A program made the translations under genes and the position numbers. Of a stretch of DNA of 64,000 nucleotides, positions 8,749 through 16,978 are shown piece by piece. Below the pieces are notes generated by a model. The model saw only the letters and a list, made by a program, of their open reading frames with translations. It ran no database searches and was not told the origin of the DNA. Numbering within the stretch: position 1 is the first letter of the stretch; every line of letters starts with the position of its first letter. The DNA is taken from positions 177,659 to 241,658 of the forward strand of contig JAZKDI010000003.1 in assembly GCA_040387655.1 (NCBI GenBank), in the 5' to 3' direction. This stretch comes from Bacteroidota bacterium (lineage in GTDB: Bacteria > Bacteroidota > Bacteroidia > Flavobacteriales > Flavobacteriaceae).

Positions 8749-10116
8749 ATGAACAGCATCAATAAATACCTGAATACGTATTCACAGTCTACAACGCTAG
8801 CTTTTTTTAGGCTAGCGTTTGGTTTTATGATGCTTTTAAGTTTGATTCGGTTTGCTGCCTACGGTTGGATTGAAAAGTTTTATATAAAACCTCAATTTCA
8901 CTTTACCTATTATGGATTTGAATGGGTAAAACCTATTGGAAATTACACATATGCCCTATTTATAATTTGTGGAGTTGCGGCTTTTTTTGTGGCTATTGGA
9001 TATAAATATAAATTAGCGATTGTTACTTTCTTTTTGAGTTTCACTTATATCGAATTAATGGACAAAACCACCTATTTGAACCATTATTACTTTATTACCG
9101 TAATTAGTTTTGTACTGATTTTTTTGCCAGCAAATTGTAATTTTTCAGTCGATGCCAATAGAGATTCAAAACTGGCTTTTGAAAAAATTCCACGTTGGAA
9201 CACCGACATATTAAAATTGTTGTTGGCTGTAGTATATATTTATGCAGGTATAGCAAAGATTAATTCCGATTGGTTATTGGAAGCAATGCCTTTAAAAATA
9301 TGGTTACCGGGAAATACGGAGTTGCCCATTATTGGAACCCTTTTAAATAAAAACTGGATCCATTATGCTTTCAGTTGGACTGGAATGTTTTATGACCTTA
9401 CAATCGTTTTTTTATTGTTGTATAAACGAACGCGTGTTTTTGGTTTTATGTTAGTTGTGGTATTTCACATTTTAACACGGATATTATTTCCTATTGGAAT
9501 TTTTCCGTATGTGATGATTATAAGTTCATTATTGTTTTTTGAAGCCGGTTTTCATAGAAAATGCTTAGTTTATTTTTCAAAAATCACGAAATACAGGCTG
9601 GCACTTTCTGAAAATGGAAAAGAAAAGAAATCGAATTCAGATAGCTTGTCTCACAAGATTCAAATAGGGATTTTGTCTAGTTTTATATTGTTTCAACTAT
9701 TGTTTCCTTTTCGCTATCTATTATATAAAGATGAATTATTCTGGACAGAAGAAGGTTATCGCTTTTCATGGCGGGTAATGCTTATGGAAAAGGCGGGTTA
9801 TACGCAGTTTGTAGTTTCTGACAAGAATACAAAACAAAATATCAGGGTGAACAACAGCCAGTTTTTAACTCCGTTTCAGGAAAAACAAATGGCCTTCCAA
9901 CCTGATTTTATATTGGAATATGCACATCATTTACACGACTATTATCAAAAAAAAGGAATGCAAAACCCAGAAGTGCGAGTCGAAAGTTATGTTGCCCTCA
10001 ACGGAAGATTAAGTAAAAAATACATTGACCCTAAAATAAATTTAGCCATAGAAAATGAATCATTCAAACACAAAACCTGGATATTGCCTTTCAATGATTC
10101 CATCCAAGGGTTTTAG
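8749..10116 (+). CDS. HTTM domain / vitamin K-dependent gamma-carboxylase-like membrane protein
   Basis: Multiple transmembrane segments; DKTTYLNHYYF, YAGIAKINSDWL, GYRFSWRVML and ALNGR..IDP motifs resemble GGCX. Confidence 0.85.
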   Translation: MNSINKYLNTYSQSTTLAFFRLAFGFMMLLSLIRFAAYGWIEKFYIKPQFHFTYYGFEWVKPIGNYTYALFIICGVAAFFVAIGYKYKLAIVTFFLSFTYIELMDKTTYLNHYYFITVISFVLIFLPANCNFSVDANRDSKLAFEKIPRWNTDILKLLLAVVYIYAGIAKINSDWLLEAMPLKIWLPGNTELPIIGTLLNKNWIHYAFSWTGMFYDLTIVFLLLYKRTRVFGFMLVVVFHILTRILFPIGIFPYVMIISSLLFFEAGFHRKCLVYFSKITKYRLALSENGKEKKSNSDSLSHKIQIGILSSFILFQLLFPFRYLLYKDELFWTEEGYRFSWRVMLMEKAGYTQFVVSDKNTKQNIRVNNSQFLTPFQEKQMAFQPDFILEYAHHLHDYYQKKGMQNPEVRVESYVALNGRLSKKYIDPKINLAIENESFKHKTWILPFNDSIQGF

Positions 10117-12532
10117 TATAATCTTGTTTTTCTTATTATCCATAACTAGCTTCTCACAAAATAAAATTTGGGGAGTGATCACCAATACTAATGGCGAAAA
10201 ATTATCCTATGTAGAAGTTTATAACAAAACTTCCGGAACAAAACAAATAACCGACTCAAAAGGGGAATTTACCATAGAAAATGACAGTCCCGGCGAATAT
10301 GAAATTGTTTTTTATAAAGACAACTATGTGATTTTAGAAAAAACACTTTCTACCTCAGCCATTAAAACAACTATTGTTTTAGATAAAGTAAATACTATTT
10401 CAGAAGTAGTCATCAATGGTCAAAAGGAAAAATTATTTGCACTAAATAAATTAAAGGACATTGAGGAAACTGCTATATATGCTGGAAAAAAAACAGAAGT
10501 AATTTCGTTGAATAAAATTACTGCTAACAAGGCTACCAACAATGCCCGACAAATTTTTGCGCAAGTTGTGGGCCTAACAATCAATGAAAGTTCAGATGGT
10601 GGATTACAGCTAAGTATTGGTGGCAGGGGATTGGATCCCAACCGAACTTCTAATTTTAATACACGTCAAAACGGCTATGATATTAGTGCCGATGTTTTGG
10701 GCTATCCAGAAAGTTATTATGCAACTCCTACCGAAGCATTGGAAGAAATTCAAGTTATCCGTGGGGCGGCTTCTTTACAGTACGGAACACAATTTGGCGG
10801 TTTGGTAAATTTCAAAACCAAGACTCCTAGTTTAAAACAAATCGAATTTACTACCAGAAATACAATCGGTTCATATAATTTATATACCAATTTCACTTCC
10901 TTGAGCGGAACAAAAGGAAAATTCAGTTACTATACTTTTTTTAATTTCAAAAAAGGGGATGGATTCAGACCGAATTCTCAATTTGACAGTAAAAATTATT
11001 TCGCCAACCTTAATTATCAGTTTACATCAAAAACTTCCGTCCATTTTGATTATACTCATTTTAATTATTTAGCCCAACAAGCGGGAGGGCTTACGGATGT
11101 TATGTTTAACGACAATTCGCAACAAAGCAATAGAACCCGGAATTGGTTTGCTATAAACTGGAACTTATTTGCCTTGAGATTAAAACATAAAATTACTCCT
11201 ACTGCAGATTTCTCCTTACAATTATTTGGTTTGGATGCCAGTCGAAAAGCTATTGGATACCGTTCCAATAGGGTTTCAAACCCTGACACTCCAGATACTG
11301 TAAGGGATTTAATTATTGGTGGTTTTGTTAATTGGGGTGCAGAAGCGCGATTTTTAAAGCGTTATAAATTTCTAGGAAACAGCAGTGCTTTTTTAATCGG
11401 AAGTAAATATTATCAATCAGAAAATACCGCAATTCAAGGTCCAGGAAGTTCTGGCACTAATGCCAATTTTAATGTGGCCGACAGCGAATTCCCATTTTAT
11501 GCCAACCAATCGAATTATACGTTTCCCAATTTAAATATTTCAGTTTTTGGGGAAAACATTTTTAAAATCACACCCAAATTTTCAGTAACCCCGGGTTTTA
11601 GATTTGAAAGGATAAAAACGCAGGCGATAGGTTCATACCGAAAAATAAATCTTGATTTGGCAGGAAATGTAATCTTGGACCAGACGATTAAAGAAAACAA
11701 CATCAAAGACCGAAATTTTGTTTTTTTAGGAATTGGGTTGAGTTACAAACCAAAAAACAGATTGGAATTTTACGGAAACGTTTCTCAAAACTACCGCTCA
11801 GTTACCTTTAACGACATCAGAACAGTTAGTCCCAGTCAAGTAATCTCTGCCGATATTACTGATGAAAGAGGCTATACATCCGATATTGGAATCAGGGGTC
11901 AATTAGGTACTAAAGTTACTTTTGACACCAGTATTTATGGGCTGTATTACAATGATAAAATCGGTGAATATGAAACCACGAACCCAAATGGTGCAGCGGC
12001 AATAGTTCGTTTTCGTGACAATATAGGAACAGCATTGACTTATGGTTTTGAAACCATGATTGACTGGAGTTTGAGTAAAACATTTTTTAGTAAAAATGAA
12101 AATTTTACATGGAACTTATTTACGAATTCAGCAATAACCAATTCTGAATATTTAAAATCCGATGCACCCAATATTGAAGGAAACAAAGTAGAATTCGTGC
12201 CGCTTTTCAATTTCAAAACGGGTACGGGAATAGGTTATAAAAATTTTATGTCGAGTATTCAGTTTACGTATGTATCATCACAGTTTACAGATGCAAACAA
12301 TAGTATGACTGACCCAAACGACAATACTTACGGTATTTTTGGACAGATTCCCGCATATTATGTAGCTGACATTTCCGCTTCCTATAAATGGAGAAGGTTT
12401 AAATTGGAAGCCGGGATTTCGAACTTTACCAACAACAACTATTTTACACGAAGAGCAACAGGTTATCCAGGTCCTGGAATTATTCCATCTGACACAAGAA
12501 CATTTTATACGACGCTGGAATTTATATTTTAA
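10094..12532 (+). CDS. TonB-dependent receptor (FecA-like) with N-terminal carboxypeptidase-regulatory-like domain
   Basis: Plug motifs GGRGLDPNR and IRGAASLQYG; barrel ending in F (TLEFIF). ATG at 10094 gives a clean signal peptide. Confidence 0.9.
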   Translation: MIPSKGFSIILFFLLSITSFSQNKIWGVITNTNGEKLSYVEVYNKTSGTKQITDSKGEFTIENDSPGEYEIVFYKDNYVILEKTLSTSAIKTTIVLDKVNTISEVVINGQKEKLFALNKLKDIEETAIYAGKKTEVISLNKITANKATNNARQIFAQVVGLTINESSDGGLQLSIGGRGLDPNRTSNFNTRQNGYDISADVLGYPESYYATPTEALEEIQVIRGAASLQYGTQFGGLVNFKTKTPSLKQIEFTTRNTIGSYNLYTNFTSLSGTKGKFSYYTFFNFKKGDGFRPNSQFDSKNYFANLNYQFTSKTSVHFDYTHFNYLAQQAGGLTDVMFNDNSQQSNRTRNWFAINWNLFALRLKHKITPTADFSLQLFGLDASRKAIGYRSNRVSNPDTPDTVRDLIIGGFVNWGAEARFLKRYKFLGNSSAFLIGSKYYQSENTAIQGPGSSGTNANFNVADSEFPFYANQSNYTFPNLNISVFGENIFKITPKFSVTPGFRFERIKTQAIGSYRKINLDLAGNVILDQTIKENNIKDRNFVFLGIGLSYKPKNRLEFYGNVSQNYRSVTFNDIRTVSPSQVISADITDERGYTSDIGIRGQLGTKVTFDTSIYGLYYNDKIGEYETTNPNGAAAIVRFRDNIGTALTYGFETMIDWSLSKTFFSKNENFTWNLFTNSAITNSEYLKSDAPNIEGNKVEFVPLFNFKTGTGIGYKNFMSSIQFTYVSSQFTDANNSMTDPNDNTYGIFGQIPAYYVADISASYKWRRFKLEAGISNFTNNNYFTRRATGYPGPGIIPSDTRTFYTTLEFIF

Positions 12533-13317
12533 ATCGTAGAATGCAGTGCCTTAAAATAATCGAAGGCTTTTAAAAGGCGGCTTCCGTACCAAGAAAACAT
12601 TTCGCCATCAACGAGAATAATTTTTGCTTTTGGGATAAATTGCTGGATATCTGCAATGTGTTTTTCTTTGAACGGATAAGGTTCTGAGGACAATAAGACC
12701 AATTCGGGATTCCCTTTTTCAGTAATTCTCTCCAGTTGAATTTCTGGATAACGTCCTTCATCATATATATTCTGAAAATGATTCAGTTTTAATAATTCAT
12801 TGATAAAATTATCACTGCCAGCTACCATATATGGCTTTGCCCAAATAAAATAAGCAGTTTTTTTGAATGGTTTTTCTTTTATAAAAATTTGGAAATCGTG
12901 ATAGGCTGCATCAATTTTATCAACCCATTTACGGGCTTCATTTTCACAGTCCAACAATTTTCCGAAATCGGAAATCATTTGTTGATTGTCTTCAACAGTA
13001 ATAATGTTAGTTACCCAAACAGGACATATTTGTGACAATTGCTCAACGATTTCTTTGGTATTTTCTTCTTTATTGGCAATAATCAAATCGGGTTGCAGTG
13101 CTTTGATTTTATCAAAATGAATGTTTTTTGTACCACCAATTATTTGTTTTGTCTTTTTAAAACCAACTGGATGCACGCAGAATTTAGTCAAACCTATTAA
13201 TTTCGATTCCTGTCCTAAATCATAAATCAATTCCGTTTGAGAAGGAACCAATGATATAATTCTTTGAGGTAAAATTTCGAATGAATGAGTAATGCCAATT
13301 TGGTCAATCAGTTTCAT
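12529..13317 (-). CDS. Helical-backbone metal receptor (BtuF/cobalamin-binding-like)
   Basis: RIISLVPSQTE, GGTKN, PDLIIANKEEN and DGEMFSWYG motifs. Confidence 0.8.
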   Translation of the reverse strand: MKLIDQIGITHSFEILPQRIISLVPSQTELIYDLGQESKLIGLTKFCVHPVGFKKTKQIIGGTKNIHFDKIKALQPDLIIANKEENTKEIVEQLSQICPVWVTNIITVEDNQQMISDFGKLLDCENEARKWVDKIDAAYHDFQIFIKEKPFKKTAYFIWAKPYMVAGSDNFINELLKLNHFQNIYDEGRYPEIQLERITEKGNPELVLLSSEPYPFKEKHIADIQQFIPKAKIILVDGEMFSWYGSRLLKAFDYFKALHSTI

Positions 13318-13342
13318 AATCTAATGGTTTAAAATTACGATG

Positions 13343-13370
13343 TAAGCTTTAAACCTGAAACTTCAAACTC
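13343..13370 (-). repeat. Degenerate 7-bp array overlapping the pyrF 3' end
   Basis: Minus strand GAGTTTG AAGTTTC AGGTTTA AAGCTTA. Confidence 0.5.
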
Positions 13371-14176
13371 ATAATCCCTTCCATTTCTTTTTGCATCTTC
13401 AATGCTTCTTCCCTAGCCTTTTCGGCAAAATCCAAACCGCTTGATGCATAAATAATTCCGCGGGAAGAATTGATTAACAACCCAACATTGGCATTCATTC
13501 CGTATTTGCAAACTTCGGATAAGCTTCCGCCTTGAGCGCCAACACCTGGAACTAATAAAAAACTGTTTGGAACTATTTTGCGGATTTCAGTAAAATATTC
13601 GGCTTTAGTAGCGCCCACAACATACATGAGGTTTTGGCTATTTTTCCAAGTTTTAGAGGTTTCCAAAACTTGTTTGTATAATTTTGTTCCGTTTACATTT
13701 AAGGTCTGAAAATCGAACGCACCTTCATTTGAAGTCAAAGCCAACATTATAGTATGCTTATTTTCAAAAGCCAAAAAAGGTTCTACAGAATCTTTTCCCA
13801 TATATGGCGCAACAGTAACCGAATCGAAGTTTAAATCTTCAAAGAAAGCCTTGGCATACATTGATGAAGTATTGCCAATATCACCACGTTTTGCATCTGC
13901 AATGGTAAAAATTTCAGGATAATTATCATTGATGTAATTAATCGTTTTTTGCAACGAAACCCAGCCTTTAATGCCATACGCTTCATAAAAAGCCGTGTTA
14001 GGCTTGTAAGAAACACACAAATCGTGAGTCGCATCTATTATGGCTTTATTGAATTCAAAAATAGGATCTTCAAACTCTAATAAATGCTGTGGAATTTTAT
14101 CTAAATCAACGTCTAAGCCAATACAGAGAAAGGATTTTTTTTGGCTTATTTGCTGGTGTAATTGTTCTGTAGTCAT
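13349..14176 (-). CDS. pyrF: Orotidine-5'-phosphate decarboxylase
   Basis: [28 protein letters not shown]. Confidence 0.95.
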   Translation of the reverse strand: MTTEQLHQQISQKKSFLCIGLDVDLDKIPQHLLEFEDPIFEFNKAIIDATHDLCVSYKPNTAFYEAYGIKGWVSLQKTINYINDNYPEIFTIADAKRGDIGNTSSMYAKAFFEDLNFDSVTVAPYMGKDSVEPFLAFENKHTIMLALTSNEGAFDFQTLNVNGTKLYKQVLETSKTWKNSQNLMYVVGATKAEYFTEIRKIVPNSFLLVPGVGAQGGSLSEVCKYGMNANVGLLINSSRGIIYASSGLDFAEKAREEALKMQKEMEGIMSLKFQV

Positions 14177-14196
14177 CGTTTATTTATTGTATATTA

Positions 14197-14239
14197 AAAA
14201 AATACCATACTCAATTTAGGATTCAGTATGGTATTTTTT
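14197..14239. terminator. Strong hairpin with A/T tails between prfA and pyrF
   Basis: AAAAAATACCATACT / AGTATGGTATTTTTT, perfect 15 bp. Confidence 0.75.
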
Positions 14240-14259
14240 ATTGTCCTTATCAATTTGAA

Positions 14260-15336
14260 TTAAAAAGTTTCGCTGGCTTCTTTCAGTTTTTCCATATTGT
14301 TAACCAATTGCAATTCGTCAACAATTTTTTGGATTTTTCCGTTCATTACACCATCCATATCAAAAACGTCGATTCCAACCCTATGATCCGTTACACGACC
14401 TTGTGCATAATTATAGGTTCTAATTTTTGCAGAACGGTCACCTGAACTCACTTGAGAAGTACGTTTTACTGCATCTTCAGCTTGTTTTTTTGCCAATTCC
14501 TGTTCGTATAAACGAGAACGCAATACATCAAAAGCCTTGTCTTTATTTTTGTGTTGTGATTTTTGATCCTGGCATTGCGCTACCAATCCTGTTGGGATGT
14601 GCGTTAAACGAACTGCAGATTTAGTTGTATTTACTGATTGTCCTCCTGGTCCTGATGAACAGAAAAAATCAACACGAACATCGTTCATATCAATTTGAAC
14701 GTCAAATTCTTCGGCTTCAGGAAGTACCATAACTGTTGCTGCAGAAGTGTGTACACGTCCTTGCGTTTCCGTTTGAGGCACACGTTGCACACGGTGAACT
14801 CCAGCTTCAAATTTTAAAGTCCCATAAACATCTTCACCAGTAACTTCAAAAATCACCTCTTTAAAACCACCAGACGTACCTTCGTTCATATCTACAACGG
14901 AAGTTCTCCATCCTCGGCTTTCGCAATATTTAGTATACATCCTGAATAAATCACCTGCAAAAATACTGGCTTCGTCCCCGCCAGTTCCAGCACGGATTTC
15001 GACCATTACGTTTTTAGCATCCTCAGCGTCTTTTGGTATCAACATGAATTTGATTTCGTCTTCCAATTCTGGCAAACGCTCTTTAGCTTCGTCAAGTTGC
15101 ATTTTTGCCATCTCGACCATATCGGCATCGCTTCCATCAGCAATTATTTCATTGGCTTCATCAATATTAGCCAATAAGATAATATATTCCTCCCTTTTTT
15201 CTACTAAAGCCTTAATTCCTTTATATTCTTGATTAAGCAAAACGTAGCGCTTTTGATCGGAAATCACATCAGGCTGAATAATCAAATCCGAAATTTCGTC
15301 GAAACGTTGCTTTACATATTGAAGTTTATCTAACAT
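14260..15336 (-). CDS. prfA: Peptide chain release factor 1
   Basis: GPGGQSVN (GGQ), RVPQTE (PxT), RSAKIRTYN. Confidence 0.97.
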   Translation of the reverse strand: MLDKLQYVKQRFDEISDLIIQPDVISDQKRYVLLNQEYKGIKALVEKREEYIILLANIDEANEIIADGSDADMVEMAKMQLDEAKERLPELEDEIKFMLIPKDAEDAKNVMVEIRAGTGGDEASIFAGDLFRMYTKYCESRGWRTSVVDMNEGTSGGFKEVIFEVTGEDVYGTLKFEAGVHRVQRVPQTETQGRVHTSAATVMVLPEAEEFDVQIDMNDVRVDFFCSSGPGGQSVNTTKSAVRLTHIPTGLVAQCQDQKSQHKNKDKAFDVLRSRLYEQELAKKQAEDAVKRTSQVSSGDRSAKIRTYNYAQGRVTDHRVGIDVFDMDGVMNGKIQKIVDELQLVNNMEKLKEASETF

Positions 15337-15361
15337 TTTTTAATTCCTTATAATTGGAGTG

Positions 15362-15369
15362 CAAAAGTA
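15362..15369 (-). promoter_or_regulatory. -7 box TACTTTTG for prfA
   Basis: CAAAAGTA on +. Confidence 0.6.
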
Positions 15370-15480
15370 CAAAATTTTGTTCCAAGTAAAAAAAGTTTAC
15401 CATTTCAACTTTTCTTAATTAAACCACAAAATTTAACAAGAAATAATTATCTTTATCGAACCATTTAAACGAAAAAATCT

Positions 15481-15993
15481 ATGATTAAAAAAACTACTCT
15501 ACTGTTGTCTCTAGCCTTGACAACCACTATAATTTGTTGCCAAAAAAAGGAATCTCCTGAAATCGTTTCAGTTGCGGAAATAAAAACATTCAAACTACTT
15601 GAAAAAGCGAATTGGCTGGTAGGTGAATGGGAAAACACGACTAAAGAAGGCATGCTTACCGAAAAGTGGACAAAGGAAAACGACTCAACCTTTACTGCCC
15701 TATCCTGTATTGTAAATGAAAATGACACCATACAATCTGAAAAAATCGTCATGAAGCAAGAAGGGAATGATTTGTATTATGTGCCTACTATCAAGGTCCA
15801 AAATGACGGGATGTCGGTTCAATTCAAAATGACTGAGGCTACTGAAAGCCAATTGGTTTTTGAAAACAAAATGCACGATTTTCCTCAAAAAATTATTTAC
15901 ATCAAAGTCAGCAACAACAATTTAATAGCTGAAATTTCAGGAATTAAAGATGGTGTAGAAACTAAGGAAAGCTATCCTATGAAAAGAAAATAA
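15481..15993 (+). CDS. Secreted hypothetical protein (DUF6265-like)
   Basis: Signal/lipoprotein N-terminus; WLVGEW, EKW and FENKMHDFPQKI motifs. Confidence 0.6.
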   Translation: MIKKTTLLLSLALTTTIICCQKKESPEIVSVAEIKTFKLLEKANWLVGEWENTTKEGMLTEKWTKENDSTFTALSCIVNENDTIQSEKIVMKQEGNDLYYVPTIKVQNDGMSVQFKMTEATESQLVFENKMHDFPQKIIYIKVSNNNLIAEISGIKDGVETKESYPMKRK

Positions 15994-16015
15994 ACTTTAA
16001 TTAGTTTTTAAACAC

Positions 16016-16062
16016 AGCCATGAATTACGCTAATTTAATTAGAATAATTCGTGGCTTTTTTT
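16016..16062 (+). terminator. Hairpin plus T run (terminator or REP-like element)
   Basis: AGCCATGAATTA / TAATTCGTGGCT then a T run. Confidence 0.6.
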
Positions 16063-16121
16063 ATTGCAAAACCCATTGTCATTAAAAAACGTATTTCTAA
16101 AGAAACAACCACAACCTTATT

Positions 16122-16952
16122 ATGCGAATCTTCACTCCACTATTGCTTTTGCTTTCTTGTTTTTCATTGATGAATTGCGCTTCAAAAAAGCATAAAAACA
16201 TAGCCTATTTAGAACCTTCAAAGCTGGAAGAAAATCAGCCAACCTTAAATATTTTTACACCCAGAAATTCTAAGAAAAACAATCCTGTACTTATTTTTGT
16301 GCATGGCGGCAATTGGAATACAGGTGACAAAAAAACCTATTGGTTTTTAGGTAGGAATTTTGCCAAAAAGGGAATCACAACCGTTGTGGTAGGTTATACC
16401 TTGAGTCCAAAAGCAAGTTATGACGACATGGCAAAGCAAGTCGCAAAAGCAGTTGAATGGACTAAAGCCAATATTCAAAACTATAAAGGTGACCCCAATG
16501 CTATTTTTTTAACCGGGCATTCGGCGGGCGGTCATTTAGTGGCTTTGGTTGCAACCAACCCAAAATACATTGAAGACAAAAGCATTGTAAAAGGTGTGAT
16601 TCTAAACGATGCAGCTGCATTGGATATGAATCATTATCTTGAAGAATTCCCTCCAACCGAAGCCGAAGACTATCTCGCCACTTGGACTGCCAATCCCGAA
16701 AACTGGAAAGACGCCTCACCTATTTTCTTTCTGAACAAAAAAACGCCACCGTTTATGGTTTACTTAGGAAGCAAAACCTATCCTTCAATAAAGGTTGCCA
16801 ATGCTAGATTCCTTGCCGAGATAAAAAAATTCCAGCCCAATCTAAAACCAATTATTTTAGACAAAAAACACGTACCGATGGTTACCCAATATATTTTCCC
16901 ATGGAGTAAAAGATTTGGGGAAATAAAAGAGTTTATGAATTTACATCAATAA
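16122..16952 (+). CDS. Alpha/beta hydrolase lipoprotein (HSL-like esterase)
   Basis: HGGNW oxyanion motif, GHSAGG nucleophile motif, lipobox LMNC. Confidence 0.88.
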   Translation: MRIFTPLLLLLSCFSLMNCASKKHKNIAYLEPSKLEENQPTLNIFTPRNSKKNNPVLIFVHGGNWNTGDKKTYWFLGRNFAKKGITTVVVGYTLSPKASYDDMAKQVAKAVEWTKANIQNYKGDPNAIFLTGHSAGGHLVALVATNPKYIEDKSIVKGVILNDAAALDMNHYLEEFPPTEAEDYLATWTANPENWKDASPIFFLNKKTPPFMVYLGSKTYPSIKVANARFLAEIKKFQPNLKPIILDKKHVPMVTQYIFPWSKRFGEIKEFMNLHQ

Positions 16953-16978
16953 TAAAAAAGGTTACTAAGAAATAAGAT

